Assembly: GCA_947626095.1 (NCBI GenBank)
Contig: CANQQV010000004.1
Location: 1 to 64,000 of the forward strand
Direction of reading: 5' to 3'
From: an uncultured Bacilli bacterium
Lineage (GTDB): Bacteria; Bacillota_I; Bacilli_A; RF39; UBA660
Length of the DNA: 64,000 nucleotides
Part shown: positions 48,178-58,137 of the stretch, piece by piece
How the letters are laid out: each line of letters starts with the position of its first letter
Position numbering within the stretch: position 1 is the stretch's first letter
The notes under the pieces: model-generated
Told to the model about the DNA's origin: nothing
Seen by the model: only the letters and a program-made list of their open reading frames with translations
Database searches by the model: none
Program-made: the position numbers and the translations under genes

Positions 48178-49002
48178 ATGATAGAAATCTTAAAAGCAAT
48201 ATTATTTGGTCTAGTCGAAGGTATCACTGAGTGGTTACCAATATCTTCTACTGGTCATATGATCTTATTAAATGAATTTATTAAACTAGATGTAAGTCCT
48301 GAATTCTATAAATTGTTTGAAGTTGTTATTCAACTGGGAGCTATCTTAGCTGTTGTTATAATGTATTTTAAAGTAATATGTCCTTTTGGTTTTGGTAAAA
48401 GCAAAAAAGAACGTCAAGAAACTTGGAATCTATGGGGCAAAATATTAGTTGCCTGTATTCCTGCTGCGATTATTGGTCTTTTATTTGATGATTGGTTAGA
48501 TGAACATTTATATAATAGTGTAGTTGTATCATTAATGCTTATTATTTATGGTCTTGCTTTCATTATTATTGAAAGTAAAGGTCTAGGCCGTGGTAAAACC
48601 AAAGAGTTAAACGATATAACTTACAAACAAGCATTAGGCGTCGGTGGTTTTCAATTACTGTCTTTAATTCCTGGTACATCTCGTAGTGGTGCGACAATCA
48701 TTGGGGGTCTTATCTTGGGCCTAAAGCGCAGTGTAGCTGCTGAATTTACTTTCTTTCTAGCTATTCCTGTAATGGCCGGTGCCTCATTTTTAAAACTTGT
48801 CAAATATATCTTAGAAGTTGGTTTTACTTTTACAACTAGCGAATTGCTTATTTTAGGTCTTGGCTGTCTAGTCGCCTTTATTGTCAGTATGTTAATTATT
48901 AAATTCTTAATTAATTATATTCGTAAACACGATTTCAAAGTCTTTGGTTGGTATCGTATTGCTTTAGGCATCATCGTCTTATTATATTTTATCTTGAAGT
49001 AG
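48178..49002 (+). CDS. uppP: Undecaprenyl-diphosphatase
   Basis: EGITEWLPISSTGH, PGTSRSGAT. Confidence 0.96.
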   Translation: MIEILKAILFGLVEGITEWLPISSTGHMILLNEFIKLDVSPEFYKLFEVVIQLGAILAVVIMYFKVICPFGFGKSKKERQETWNLWGKILVACIPAAIIGLLFDDWLDEHLYNSVVVSLMLIIYGLAFIIIESKGLGRGKTKELNDITYKQALGVGGFQLLSLIPGTSRSGATIIGGLILGLKRSVAAEFTFFLAIPVMAGASFLKLVKYILEVGFTFTTSELLILGLGCLVAFIVSMLIIKFLINYIRKHDFKVFGWYRIALGIIVLLYFILK

Positions 49003-49051
49003 GGTAAACTACTTCTTTTTTATGTTATAATCTATCTATAAGAGGTGCTAT

Positions 49052-49939
49052 ATGATTCCAGAATACTTAAATAATCTTTTAAATAATTACTATGATTCAA
49101 AAACAGTTATTAAAATAATCGATGGTTATCAAAAAAGAGTAGTTAGTTTTCGTATTAACTCCTTAAAAACAACTAAAGAAAACATCTTAAATATTTTAGA
49201 AAATAATAACATTAAATACGAAGAAATTCCTTGGTATGAAAATGCTATCGTCATTACAAATGCTAACGAAGAAGACATTAAATCACTATCAATATACCAA
49301 AATGGTGAAATCTATTTACAAAGTTTATCATCAATGTTACCACCATTATTTTTAAATCCTCAAGAAAACAATCTTATCTTAGATATGACTGCTGCCCCTG
49401 GTGGTAAAACAACAGAAATAGCTGCTTTAACTAATAATAAAGCGATGATTACAGCCATTGAAAAGAATAAAATAAGAACAGATCGTTTAAAATATAATCT
49501 TGCCTTACAAGGTGCTAAAAAAGTTTCTATTCTTAATACTGATGCCAGAAATCTTGATGAATATTTTATGTTTGATAAAATCCTTTTAGATGCTCCATGT
49601 AGTGGTAGTGGTACTCTTATTAAAGATAATATCAACGAAGAGAACTTTAATCTTGATTTAATTAATCGCTCAGCAAACATTCAAAAAAGTCTTCTAGAAG
49701 AAGCTATAAAACATTTAAAAGTTAATGGTGAATTAGTTTACTCAACTTGTAGCATCTTAAAAAGTGAAAACGAAGAAGTAATAAATTATATTCTGAATAA
49801 ACATCCAAATCTTAAATTAGTTCAATTGTCATTAGAAAATGTTCCATTATTACCATCTACAATTCCAGAAGCATTAACAATTCTTCCAACTAAATACTAC
49901 GAAGGTTTCTTTGTATGTAAGTTAATTAAAACTAAATAA
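49052..49939 (+). CDS. RsmB/RsmF (NOL1/NOP2) RNA m5C methyltransferase
   Basis: YLQSLSSM, LDMTAAPGGKT, LLDAPCSG, VYSTCS..ENE. Confidence 0.92.
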   Translation: MIPEYLNNLLNNYYDSKTVIKIIDGYQKRVVSFRINSLKTTKENILNILENNNIKYEEIPWYENAIVITNANEEDIKSLSIYQNGEIYLQSLSSMLPPLFLNPQENNLILDMTAAPGGKTTEIAALTNNKAMITAIEKNKIRTDRLKYNLALQGAKKVSILNTDARNLDEYFMFDKILLDAPCSGSGTLIKDNINEENFNLDLINRSANIQKSLLEEAIKHLKVNGELVYSTCSILKSENEEVINYILNKHPNLKLVQLSLENVPLLPSTIPEALTILPTKYYEGFFVCKLIKTK

Positions 49940-49970
49940 AAAAAAGAATACTTTATAACAAGTATTCTTT

Positions 49971-50963
49971 TTATAACCAAACACCATATGTAATTGCTGC
50001 CATCGCTAAAAGTAAACCAACTACATAAAAGACTTTAACTATGTCACCTTCTGACCAACCAAGTTGTTCAAAATGATGATGTAATGGTGCCATTCTAAAT
50101 ATTCTTTTCTTAAAATAAATAATTGATATCATTTGAATTAATGATGATAAAGTTTCAACTACAAACACACCACCAACTAATGCTAATGAAAGTTCATGCT
50201 TCGTTAAAATAGCTGTTGCTGCTAATGCTCCACCTAAAGCTAACGAACCAGTATCTCCCATAAATATTCTAGCCGGATGAGAGTTAAAGAATAAGAAGCC
50301 TAATAAAGTTCCAACTAAGACAAAGCAGAATATTGCAACCTCTTGATTACCAATCATCCATTTAGCATTCATGGCAAGCATTCCATAAGCTAAAAACGCA
50401 ATAGCTGATAAACCAGCTGCTAAACCATCTAAACCATCTGTTATATTAACCGCATTAGATGTTCCAACTAACAAGAATAAAATAAATAAGCCATAAAACC
50501 ATCTTAAATCAATATCTAAACCTAAAGCTGATATCTCCAAAGTAGGGGAACCACCATTAGTAATATATATATAGAAAAATACTAATGCTATTGCTGTTTG
50601 ACACAATAACTTAAATAAAATACTTAATCCTTCATTATTATGAAACTTAAGTTTTACAAAGTCATCAGCAAAACCTAAAGCCCCATAACTAGCAAAAACA
50701 ATTAAAATAATTTGTAAGTTATAAGATAGTTCAATACTACCTTTAAATTTTAAAAGGAGTAGAGTAACAATTGTTGGAATTATAAATATTACTCCCCCTA
50801 AAGTCGGTGTTCCATTTTTCTTTAAATGTCTTTCGCCAATTGTTGTACTAACATTTTGTCCAATTCTTAATCTTTTTAATATAGGTATTAATACCAGCCC
50901 AGCAATAATTGAAAGAATAAACCCAAGCATCATCGCCATTGCTGCCTTTGCCAAAACGAGCAT
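49971..50963 (-). CDS. mraY: Phospho-N-acetylmuramoyl-pentapeptide transferase
   Basis: KNGTPTLGG, NAVNITDGLDG, FMGDTGS, MAPLHHHFE. Confidence 0.96.
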   Translation of the reverse strand: MLVLAKAAMAMMLGFILSIIAGLVLIPILKRLRIGQNVSTTIGERHLKKNGTPTLGGVIFIIPTIVTLLLLKFKGSIELSYNLQIILIVFASYGALGFADDFVKLKFHNNEGLSILFKLLCQTAIALVFFYIYITNGGSPTLEISALGLDIDLRWFYGLFILFLLVGTSNAVNITDGLDGLAAGLSAIAFLAYGMLAMNAKWMIGNQEVAIFCFVLVGTLLGFLFFNSHPARIFMGDTGSLALGGALAATAILTKHELSLALVGGVFVVETLSSLIQMISIIYFKKRIFRMAPLHHHFEQLGWSEGDIVKVFYVVGLLLAMAAITYGVWL

Positions 50964-51049
50964 AAAAACACCTCTTTCTATCAAAAATTATACTACAAAA
51001 CATATTATTTAAGTTTAGCAAAGTATAAAATTGACATATTTATAGACAA

Positions 51050-52954
51050 TTAATCTAACATTATTTTTATTGTTCCATTTTCTTTAATATATATGTCTGG
51101 TTCTGGATCTTGATAAATAATTTTATCCCCACTACCATTATATTCAACTTTAAACCCTTTAAGTAGGGAAGTAGCTTCCTTTTTAGTAAGCCCCACAACA
51201 TTAGGGGCTTTAACATATTTAGTATCTAACCAAGTATATTCCCTTGGTGTTACTTCACTTGCTGGTTTAATATTTCTAATACTTATAATATTTTTCATTA
51301 TTGCTTTAGCAATAGGTGCAGAAACCGTTCCGCCATACTGGGTAATTCCCTTTGGATTATCAATAGCGACATATACGACATAATCAGGTTTATCCGCGGG
51401 AAAAAATCCCATAAATGAAACAATGTAATTACCGCTCATGTATGTTCCGTTATTTACTTTTTGCGCTGTTCCTGTCTTACCACCAACACGATAATTTTCA
51501 ATATAAGCATTTTTACCAGTTCCATTTGCTACAACACTTTCTAAAGTATATCTAACTAATTTCGATGTTTCTTCACTAATTACTTGTCTTACTTTAGTCG
51601 TCTTATTTTCTAAAATAATTGTTTCCGTTTCTGGTTCCGTAATATATTTAACGACATATGGTTTATTTAAAATACCGCCATTAATCGCCGCTGATACTCC
51701 TGTTACTTGTTGAATAGGGGTTACACTTATTCCTTGACCAAAAGAAATTGTCGCTTGTTCAACTGGTCCAATATTCTTTTTATTAAACATTATTCCTTTA
51801 CTTTCACCATTTAAATCAATTCCCGTTTTATCCATAAAGCCAAAATTCTTCACATAGTTATATAATCGATTAGTCCCAAGCCTTTGCCCCATAACTACAA
51901 AGCCTGGATTACAAGAATTCTCAACTACCTGTAAGAAAGTTTCTGCTCCATGTCCTCCAGCTTTCCAACACTTAATCCTCGCTCCTTCAACATTTATTCC
52001 GCCACCATCATAATAAGTATCTGTAAATAAATTAACTGTCTTTTCTTCTAAAGATGCTGCAAGCGTAAGGATTTTAAAAGTTGAACCAGGTTCATAGTTT
52101 TTCCATATTGGTAAATTTCGATTAATTGTTTCTAAATCATAATCTTGATAATTATTTGCATCAAAAGTAGGTCTTGAACCCATTGCTAGTATTTCCCCAG
52201 TATTTGGATCCATCACAATTGCTAAAGCTGATTCTGGATTATACTTACTTGTAGCATTAGCTAATTCTTTTTCTAATGCTAGTTGAATATCAATATCAAT
52301 TGTTAAAGTAATATCCATTCCATTCTGTGCTTGTTCGTATACTTCTAAATTATTTAATCTATTACCTTTACCATCCGAAGTATACTTAATTGAACCATCT
52401 TTACCTGTTAAATAGTCATCATACTTTAACTCTAAGCCAGATAATCCTTGATTATCAATCCCTACATAACCTAAAACATGCGCTAGTACTTCATTATAAG
52501 GATAATACCTTTTAGCTTCTTTCATTAAATATAAACCATCAATATTAAGACTATTTATCTTATCCGCCGTTTCACTATCTAGTTGTCTTCCTTCCGGATT
52601 AACTTTTTCTAAAGACGTTCTTTTAGTTAAATGCTTTAATATATCATCATACGAAGCATCAAGTATTTCACTTAATTTCTTCGCTGTATCTTCTTTATCT
52701 TTTATTTGATTAGGTACTACATATAACGTTGTTGTTGTAATATTAGTCGCTAAAACTTTACCATTACGATCTAATATCTTTCCGCGATCAGCTGTAATCG
52801 GTAAATTTCGCTGCCACAATGAATTAGCTAAATCATTAAGTTTATTATAACTAAATACTTGTATCCAAAATATTCTCCCTAAGATAATTAATAAAATACA
52901 ACTAATTCCTATAAAAACAATTTTAATTCTTACTTGCTTATCTTTAATAAACAT
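51050..52954 (-). CDS. spoVD: SpoVD-like class B penicillin-binding protein with PASTA domain
   Basis: RGKILDRNG, YEPGSTFK, ENSCNPGF, GKTGTAQK, C-terminal PASTA. Confidence 0.88.
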   Translation of the reverse strand: MFIKDKQVRIKIVFIGISCILLIILGRIFWIQVFSYNKLNDLANSLWQRNLPITADRGKILDRNGKVLATNITTTTLYVVPNQIKDKEDTAKKLSEILDASYDDILKHLTKRTSLEKVNPEGRQLDSETADKINSLNIDGLYLMKEAKRYYPYNEVLAHVLGYVGIDNQGLSGLELKYDDYLTGKDGSIKYTSDGKGNRLNNLEVYEQAQNGMDITLTIDIDIQLALEKELANATSKYNPESALAIVMDPNTGEILAMGSRPTFDANNYQDYDLETINRNLPIWKNYEPGSTFKILTLAASLEEKTVNLFTDTYYDGGGINVEGARIKCWKAGGHGAETFLQVVENSCNPGFVVMGQRLGTNRLYNYVKNFGFMDKTGIDLNGESKGIMFNKKNIGPVEQATISFGQGISVTPIQQVTGVSAAINGGILNKPYVVKYITEPETETIILENKTTKVRQVISEETSKLVRYTLESVVANGTGKNAYIENYRVGGKTGTAQKVNNGTYMSGNYIVSFMGFFPADKPDYVVYVAIDNPKGITQYGGTVSAPIAKAIMKNIISIRNIKPASEVTPREYTWLDTKYVKAPNVVGLTKKEATSLLKGFKVEYNGSGDKIIYQDPEPDIYIKENGTIKIMLD

Positions 52955-53060
52955 CTAATCACCACTAAATAATATGATAAAAATAAATATTTAAACACTT
53001 CCAAGATTGAATATAAAACTATAATTTGCTAAAATGTTATAGTAGCAAGGAAGTGATTAA

Positions 53061-54260
53061 ATGAAGAAAATAATTTATTCTATAATCTTATTCTTTATTT
53101 TTATTACTCCTTTAAAAGCTAAAGAACTACCAGTCGATGTAACTGCTGATGCTGTTGTCTTAATGAATGCTCAAACTAAGCAAGTAGTTTATGAAAAAAA
53201 TCCTGATAAAAAAGAAATAATGGCTAGTTTAACTAAACTAATGACCGCCTATACAGCCATGAATCGTATTAAAAATTTAGATCAAAAAATTACTATTAAA
53301 CAAGCAGATATCTATAATTTATGGGGATATACAGTTTGTGGCTTAGAAGTAGGAGACAAAGTAACTTATCGTGATTTACTATATGGCGCCTTACTAAAAT
53401 CTGGCGCTGATGCTGCTTTAACTTTAGCTAACCACATTGGTGGTAATGAAGAAAACTTTGTTAAATTAATGAATGAAGATGCTGCCTCATTAGGTATGAT
53501 AAATACTCATTTTGCTGATTCTTATGGTGGTAAAGAAGAAAATATTTCGACTGCTCGTGAAATGGCTTTATTTTTAAAAATAGCCTTAAATAATAAAGAC
53601 TTTAAAAAAATCTTTGGTACTAGAACTTATCATATGACTAATGGTCTAGAAGTTATTAATTATACAAGTGCTATTGAAACCTTCCATGGCCTAGATACCA
53701 GTCTTCTAACTGGTAATAAATCTGGTTTTACTTTACCAGCTGGTTTATTACTAGCTTCAACTGCCAAAATAAATGGTATCGAATATATTTTAATTGTCTG
53801 TAAGTCTGAAGTTAATTCTTATTATAGTACAGCTATTGTCGAAACTCATAAAATATATGATTATGTTAGTACCCAAAAATTCATTGAAAAAACAATTATT
53901 CCTAAAGGGACAATATTAAAAACCATTAATGTTGAAGGTGGTACAACTAGTGAATATGCCGCCATAGCTGATGAAGATATCAAAGCCACCATCTTAGAAA
54001 CTGACCAAGATAAAATAACTTATGACTATAATTTAACTGATACTATTACAAATGAAAATAAAATAGGGGATAACCTCGGTTATATTGATGTCCTAGTTGA
54101 TGGTAACATCATTTATACTTATAATATTTATTTAACTGATAATATCTTCTATGAACACGAATCTCATACCATTATTTTAATTTTTGTTGGTTTAGCTCTT
54201 ATCATAATTATTCTCTTTAGTGTTAATATTTTAAATAAACCTAAGAAATCGAAAAAGTAA
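53061..54260 (+). CDS. D-Ala-D-Ala carboxypeptidase (S11), second paralog
   Basis: MASLTKLMT, SGAD, NKSGFT, C-terminal TM. Confidence 0.9.
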   Translation: MKKIIYSIILFFIFITPLKAKELPVDVTADAVVLMNAQTKQVVYEKNPDKKEIMASLTKLMTAYTAMNRIKNLDQKITIKQADIYNLWGYTVCGLEVGDKVTYRDLLYGALLKSGADAALTLANHIGGNEENFVKLMNEDAASLGMINTHFADSYGGKEENISTAREMALFLKIALNNKDFKKIFGTRTYHMTNGLEVINYTSAIETFHGLDTSLLTGNKSGFTLPAGLLLASTAKINGIEYILIVCKSEVNSYYSTAIVETHKIYDYVSTQKFIEKTIIPKGTILKTINVEGGTTSEYAAIADEDIKATILETDQDKITYDYNLTDTITNENKIGDNLGYIDVLVDGNIIYTYNIYLTDNIFYEHESHTIILIFVGLALIIIILFSVNILNKPKKSKK

Positions 54261-54318
54261 TATTTTAAAAATATTATTTTTTTTATCGCCCATTAATATT
54301 ATTTAATAGGTGATTAAG

Positions 54319-55410
54319 ATGAAAATCGATAAAGTCTTATTATTTTCCACGATTCTTTTAATTCTATTTGGTATTATCATGGTCTATTCTTCTAGTAATG
54401 TTTGGGCTTTATATAAGTATAATGATGCTTTTAAGTATGCTAAAGCCCAATTCATCTTTTTTCTTATTGGTTTATTTCTTATTTATTTTATAATCAAAAT
54501 CAATCCTCATCTTTACGAAAAATACGCCAATAAAATCTTACTATTATGTTTTAATTTACTAGTTTTAGTCTTAATTCCAGGTATTGGTAAAGTAAGAAAT
54601 GGTTCTCGTAGTTGGTTTGGTCTAGGTCCTTTAGGTATTCAACCATCTGAATTTTCTAAACTTGGTTTAATAATCTATACTTCTAAATATCTAGCTCATA
54701 ATAATAAAGATATTAAAGATATCAAAAAAGGTTTATTGCCCTTATTTCTTATTATTTGTTTATTCTTTCTTTTAATTATGCTCGAACCCGACTTTGGTAC
54801 AGCGATGGTTATTATTTTAACTTTAATCGGCTTAATATATATATCAGGCCCTAAACTTGGTTTCTTTATTAAAATTGGTTTTATTGGTTTAATCGGTATT
54901 GTTATTCTAATCGCTATCGCCCCATATCGTTTACAAAGAATAATATCTTATTTAAATCCGTGGAGTGATCCTTTAGGAGCCGGTTTTCAAATAATTCAAA
55001 GCCTATATGCCATCGGCCCATCTAGTTTACTAGGTCAAGGCTTTGGCAATTCCATTCAAAAAAATTTCTATCTTCCTGAGCCTCAAACTGATTTTATCTT
55101 TAGTATTATTGCCGAAGAATTTGGTTTTCTTGGTGTCTTCTTTGTTATTAGTTTATTCTTTATTATTTTTTATCGCTCGATTAAAATTGCTTTAAATGAA
55201 AATGACTTATTTAAAAAGTACTTAGCTTTTGGTTTATCATTTGGTTTAATTCTTCAAGTTATCTTAAATATCTTAGTTGTTACTGGTACTATTCCCACAA
55301 CTGGTATTACGTGCGTCTTTCTATCATATGGTGGAAGTAGTTTACTCGTTAGTATGATTTCCATCGGTCTTATTTTAGCTATTAGTAATAAAGATTATAT
55401 GTTAAAATAA
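54319..55410 (+). CDS. spoVE: SpoVE-like SEDS protein
   Basis: RNGSRSW, IQPSEF, LNPWSDPLGAGFQIIQSL, LPEPQTDFIF; RBS AGGTGA. Confidence 0.85.
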   Translation: MKIDKVLLFSTILLILFGIIMVYSSSNVWALYKYNDAFKYAKAQFIFFLIGLFLIYFIIKINPHLYEKYANKILLLCFNLLVLVLIPGIGKVRNGSRSWFGLGPLGIQPSEFSKLGLIIYTSKYLAHNNKDIKDIKKGLLPLFLIICLFFLLIMLEPDFGTAMVIILTLIGLIYISGPKLGFFIKIGFIGLIGIVILIAIAPYRLQRIISYLNPWSDPLGAGFQIIQSLYAIGPSSLLGQGFGNSIQKNFYLPEPQTDFIFSIIAEEFGFLGVFFVISLFFIIFYRSIKIALNENDLFKKYLAFGLSFGLILQVILNILVVTGTIPTTGITCVFLSYGGSSLLVSMISIGLILAISNKDYMLK

Positions 55411-55432
55411 AAAAAGAAAAGGAGTTATAACT

Positions 55433-56011
55433 ATGAAATTAACTTTAGCCAGTACTTCGAAATATAAAAGAAATATCTTAGATCGTGTTATGTTAAAACA
55501 TGATAGTATTAAACCACTATGTGATGAAATATCTGATAAACAAGACCCATATGAATATTGTATGGATATCGCTAAACAAAAAATTTTAAGTATCGAAAAT
55601 GAAATAAAAGAAGGAATTATTATCGCTTTAGATTGTATCGTTTTAATTAATAATAAAGTATGTGAAAAACCAGCTTCTTTACAAGAAGCCAAAGAAAACC
55701 TAAAATTATGTTCTAATAATTCTTCTAAAGTAGTTACGGGAATTGCTATTAAAAATCAAGAAACCAACGAATTAGTTTTAGATTACCAAGAATCAACCGT
55801 CTACTTTAAAACTATCATTGATGAAGACATTGACTTTTATCTATCCCATGAAGAGGATATTTTAGAATCAGCTGGTTTTATAATTGAAAACGTTGCTTCT
55901 AATTTTATCGATCATATTGATGGCAGCTTCTATAACGTATTAGGTGTACCTGTTGAAAAAATATATACAATATTAAATAAAATGGATATCTATTTAAAAG
56001 ATCTTAATTAG
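55433..56011 (+). CDS. maf: Maf-family nucleotide pyrophosphatase
   Basis: LTLASTS, DE, KP, VVTG, GSFYNVLGVP. Confidence 0.85.
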   Translation: MKLTLASTSKYKRNILDRVMLKHDSIKPLCDEISDKQDPYEYCMDIAKQKILSIENEIKEGIIIALDCIVLINNKVCEKPASLQEAKENLKLCSNNSSKVVTGIAIKNQETNELVLDYQESTVYFKTIIDEDIDFYLSHEEDILESAGFIIENVASNFIDHIDGSFYNVLGVPVEKIYTILNKMDIYLKDLN

Positions 56012-56036
56012 TTTTTTATAAAATGTTAAGAAGAAT

Positions 56037-56065
56037 TTGACATATTCCTTATATAGTACTATAAT
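56037..56065 (+). promoter_or_regulatory. Consensus sigma-A promoter upstream of the riboswitch
   Basis: TTGACA-17 bp-TATAAT. Confidence 0.85.
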
Positions 56066-56075
56066 CTAGCCTACA

Positions 56076-56160
56076 GAAAAGGGAGTAGTTCTCGTATATA
56101 TACGATATAATTCGTCATATCGACATTGTCCGGATTATATTTAAAAGAACAAGACTTTTA
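56076..56160 (+). ncRNA. yybP-ykoY (Mn2+) riboswitch aptamer
   Basis: AAAAGGGAGTAG ... P3 ATATAATTCG-TCATATC-GAC/GTC-CGGATTATAT ... CAAGACTTTT matches the family L1 (GAGUAG/CAAGAC) and L3 (UCA...C) hallmarks. Confidence 0.9.
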
Positions 56161-56183
56161 TGATAAGTAAAAGTCTTGTTTTT
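56148..56183 (+). terminator. Riboswitch expression-platform terminator
   Basis: AACAAGACTTTTA-TGATAAG-TAAAAGTCTTGTT-TTT; the 5' arm is the 3' strand of aptamer P1. Confidence 0.85.
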
Positions 56184-56252
56184 AATTGCCAAAACTTCTT
56201 TCTTATCATTTAAGTCGTAACTTTTCTGCAAATAGAAAAGGAAGTGTTTTAA

Positions 56253-56846
56253 ATGAAAGAAAAAGTAATCTTAAAAAGTACTCATCCAGAAGAATATGGG
56301 GATTTAGTTATTGAATGTCGTGTAATCCCTAATGAAGAAATCGGTGCTTATCTAGCTACAATAAGTGACGATAAAAAACAAGTAGCATATAAGAAAGGAA
56401 AAGTTAGTGCTCGTTATGGTACTCCAGGTGAAGTAGTTCATACTGTTTTAAAAACAATAGTTGATGGCCGTGAATATATTTTAAGTGAAGAAACAGCTCC
56501 AGTTGCTGCAAGACCAGATGAAGATGGTACATTAATTCCAGATGTTGTTGTTAAAAATATTTCAAGCACATCAAATGAAGAATATGTTGTTAAAGCAAGT
56601 AAATTTGTTAAAATGTATTATCAAGACGGTGAAGAATATGTTCCTGAATGTGAACCTCGTTTATTAACGGAAGTACCTGAAGACGTAATTATCATCACTT
56701 CATGGGGTGCTAAAGCAATTTGTTTAAAAGGTAGTTTTATTGTTACTTATAATGCTGAAGCCAATGATTACAACACTCTTGAACAAGGTGCTTATAAGTC
56801 TACTTATGTCAAAGTAGAAGACAGCCCTAAAATTACTTTATCTTAA
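56253..56846 (+). CDS. Soluble PGDYG-like protein with an internal repeat
   Basis: V.AR..TPGE.V.T, DVVVKN..EEYVV..KF...Y and SWG...GSFIV...Y..TY; no TM segments. Confidence 0.65.
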   Translation: MKEKVILKSTHPEEYGDLVIECRVIPNEEIGAYLATISDDKKQVAYKKGKVSARYGTPGEVVHTVLKTIVDGREYILSEETAPVAARPDEDGTLIPDVVVKNISSTSNEEYVVKASKFVKMYYQDGEEYVPECEPRLLTEVPEDVIIITSWGAKAICLKGSFIVTYNAEANDYNTLEQGAYKSTYVKVEDSPKITLS

Positions 56847-56854
56847 AATAACTT

Positions 56855-56880
56855 AATCAGGTTTAAACCTGATTTTATTT
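56855..56880 (+). terminator. Terminator
   Basis: AATCAGGTTT/AAACCTGATT followed by a T-rich tract. Confidence 0.65.
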
Positions 56881-56958
56881 TTATTATTTTACTCTCTAAA
56901 AAATTTGACAACAAAACTATTAAAGAATATAATCTAAGCTATAAACGGAGGGTTTATA

Positions 56959-57993
56959 ATGGGAATTAAAGAATTAAAAGAAAAAGCATCTGCAAAAACA
57001 TTCTTAACTGGTGCCGCTAAGGTTGCAACTACTACAACTTTAATTGCTGCATTACTAGTTGGTGCTCCAACAGTTGCTCATGCTGATGTTCCTGCTAGCG
57101 ATATTATCGCTGATGCCGAAACATGGGAAAACAGAAGTGAAATTAAAGCTCAAGATGGAACTGATGTTAGAAATTATTTCGAAGGTTATAATCGTTATGG
57201 CGAATCATATGTAACTGAAGAAGAAATTAGAAAGGCTATTGAATTATCAAATGCATTAAACGCTTATTATTTATCTCCACTATATTATACAAATACTACT
57301 AAAAATGAAGTATTATCATTAGATATAGATGGTATATATAACTATTATCAAGATCGTGTTAATCATAATCGTAGTAGTGAATTCCTTGACAATAATCTAG
57401 AAAATAAACCAGCTATTGATGCTTATACTTTATTTGCTTGTGGTACCTTATCTAGAAATCTTAAAAATGAACTAGCTTCTAATGTTTATAGCATTATAAG
57501 TAGTGAATATGGTAGTGCTGTAACATATCCTACAATAATTGTTAATAGTAATGAAGCATATGCTATTTTTACAATTAATGGTACTATTCAAAAAGTTAAT
57601 TTATATGGTGACTTAATTGATAGTATTAAAGCTAATTGTTCGTCTTTAGATTATAGATACAATACTGGTATAAATAATCTATCTGGCTATAGTGATAATT
57701 ATGAGAATTCTTTTGCTTATAATGGTGTTGATCGCTATACTAGTGAATCAGTATGGTTATCATTTCCTGATGATGAACGTAAAACAGATCTTACTACAGC
57801 CTTAAATCTAAGTGCTATTATGGTTAATTCTGACAATTATGATTTCACAATGGATGCTTATAACAGTGCTACATCTTTATCACAATATGAAAAAGATGAA
57901 CTAAGAAAAATGGGCTATAGTAGAGATGCTTTAAGATATGCAACTGAAAGAAATGCTTATCTAAACGCTGTTCCTACACTTCAATATAAATAA
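56959..57993 (+). CDS. Hypothetical secreted protein
   Basis: Signal peptide ending VAHA-D; RBS GGAGG; TTGACA..TATAAT promoter upstream. Confidence 0.75.
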   Translation: MGIKELKEKASAKTFLTGAAKVATTTTLIAALLVGAPTVAHADVPASDIIADAETWENRSEIKAQDGTDVRNYFEGYNRYGESYVTEEEIRKAIELSNALNAYYLSPLYYTNTTKNEVLSLDIDGIYNYYQDRVNHNRSSEFLDNNLENKPAIDAYTLFACGTLSRNLKNELASNVYSIISSEYGSAVTYPTIIVNSNEAYAIFTINGTIQKVNLYGDLIDSIKANCSSLDYRYNTGINNLSGYSDNYENSFAYNGVDRYTSESVWLSFPDDERKTDLTTALNLSAIMVNSDNYDFTMDAYNSATSLSQYEKDELRKMGYSRDALRYATERNAYLNAVPTLQYK

Positions 57994-58044
57994 TTGAATT
58001 ACTAGTATATTTATTGTATTATATTGAATAAGGAAGTGATGATT

Positions 58045-58113
58045 ATGTTAAAAACTAATTATTTAATATCTTCATCTCTACTTATATTTAAGACTTATTA
58101 TCTTTCGTGGTAA
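58045..58113 (+). CDS. Putative 22-aa leader peptide of pyrH (MLKTNYLISSSLLIFKTYYLSW)
   Basis: RBS AAGGAAGTGA; promoter TTGAAT-17-TATTAT (57994-58022); the stop lies inside the terminator hairpin. Confidence 0.55.
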   Translation: MLKTNYLISSSLLIFKTYYLSW

Positions 58114-58126
58114 TAAGTCTTTTTTT
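58090..58126 (+). terminator. Attenuator-type terminator immediately upstream of the pyrH RBS
   Basis: AAGACTTATTATC-TTTCGT-GGTAATAAGTCTT followed by a T-run, then GGAGG. Confidence 0.75.
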
Positions 58127-58137
58127 GGAGGAAAAAA

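Noticed and set aside
45001-53385. 22-nt exact repeat ACTTATCGTGATTTACTATATG at ~45001 and ~53364
   Set aside because: It encodes the same TYRDLLY motif in two paralogous DD-carboxypeptidases and is not a mobile-element or CRISPR repeat.
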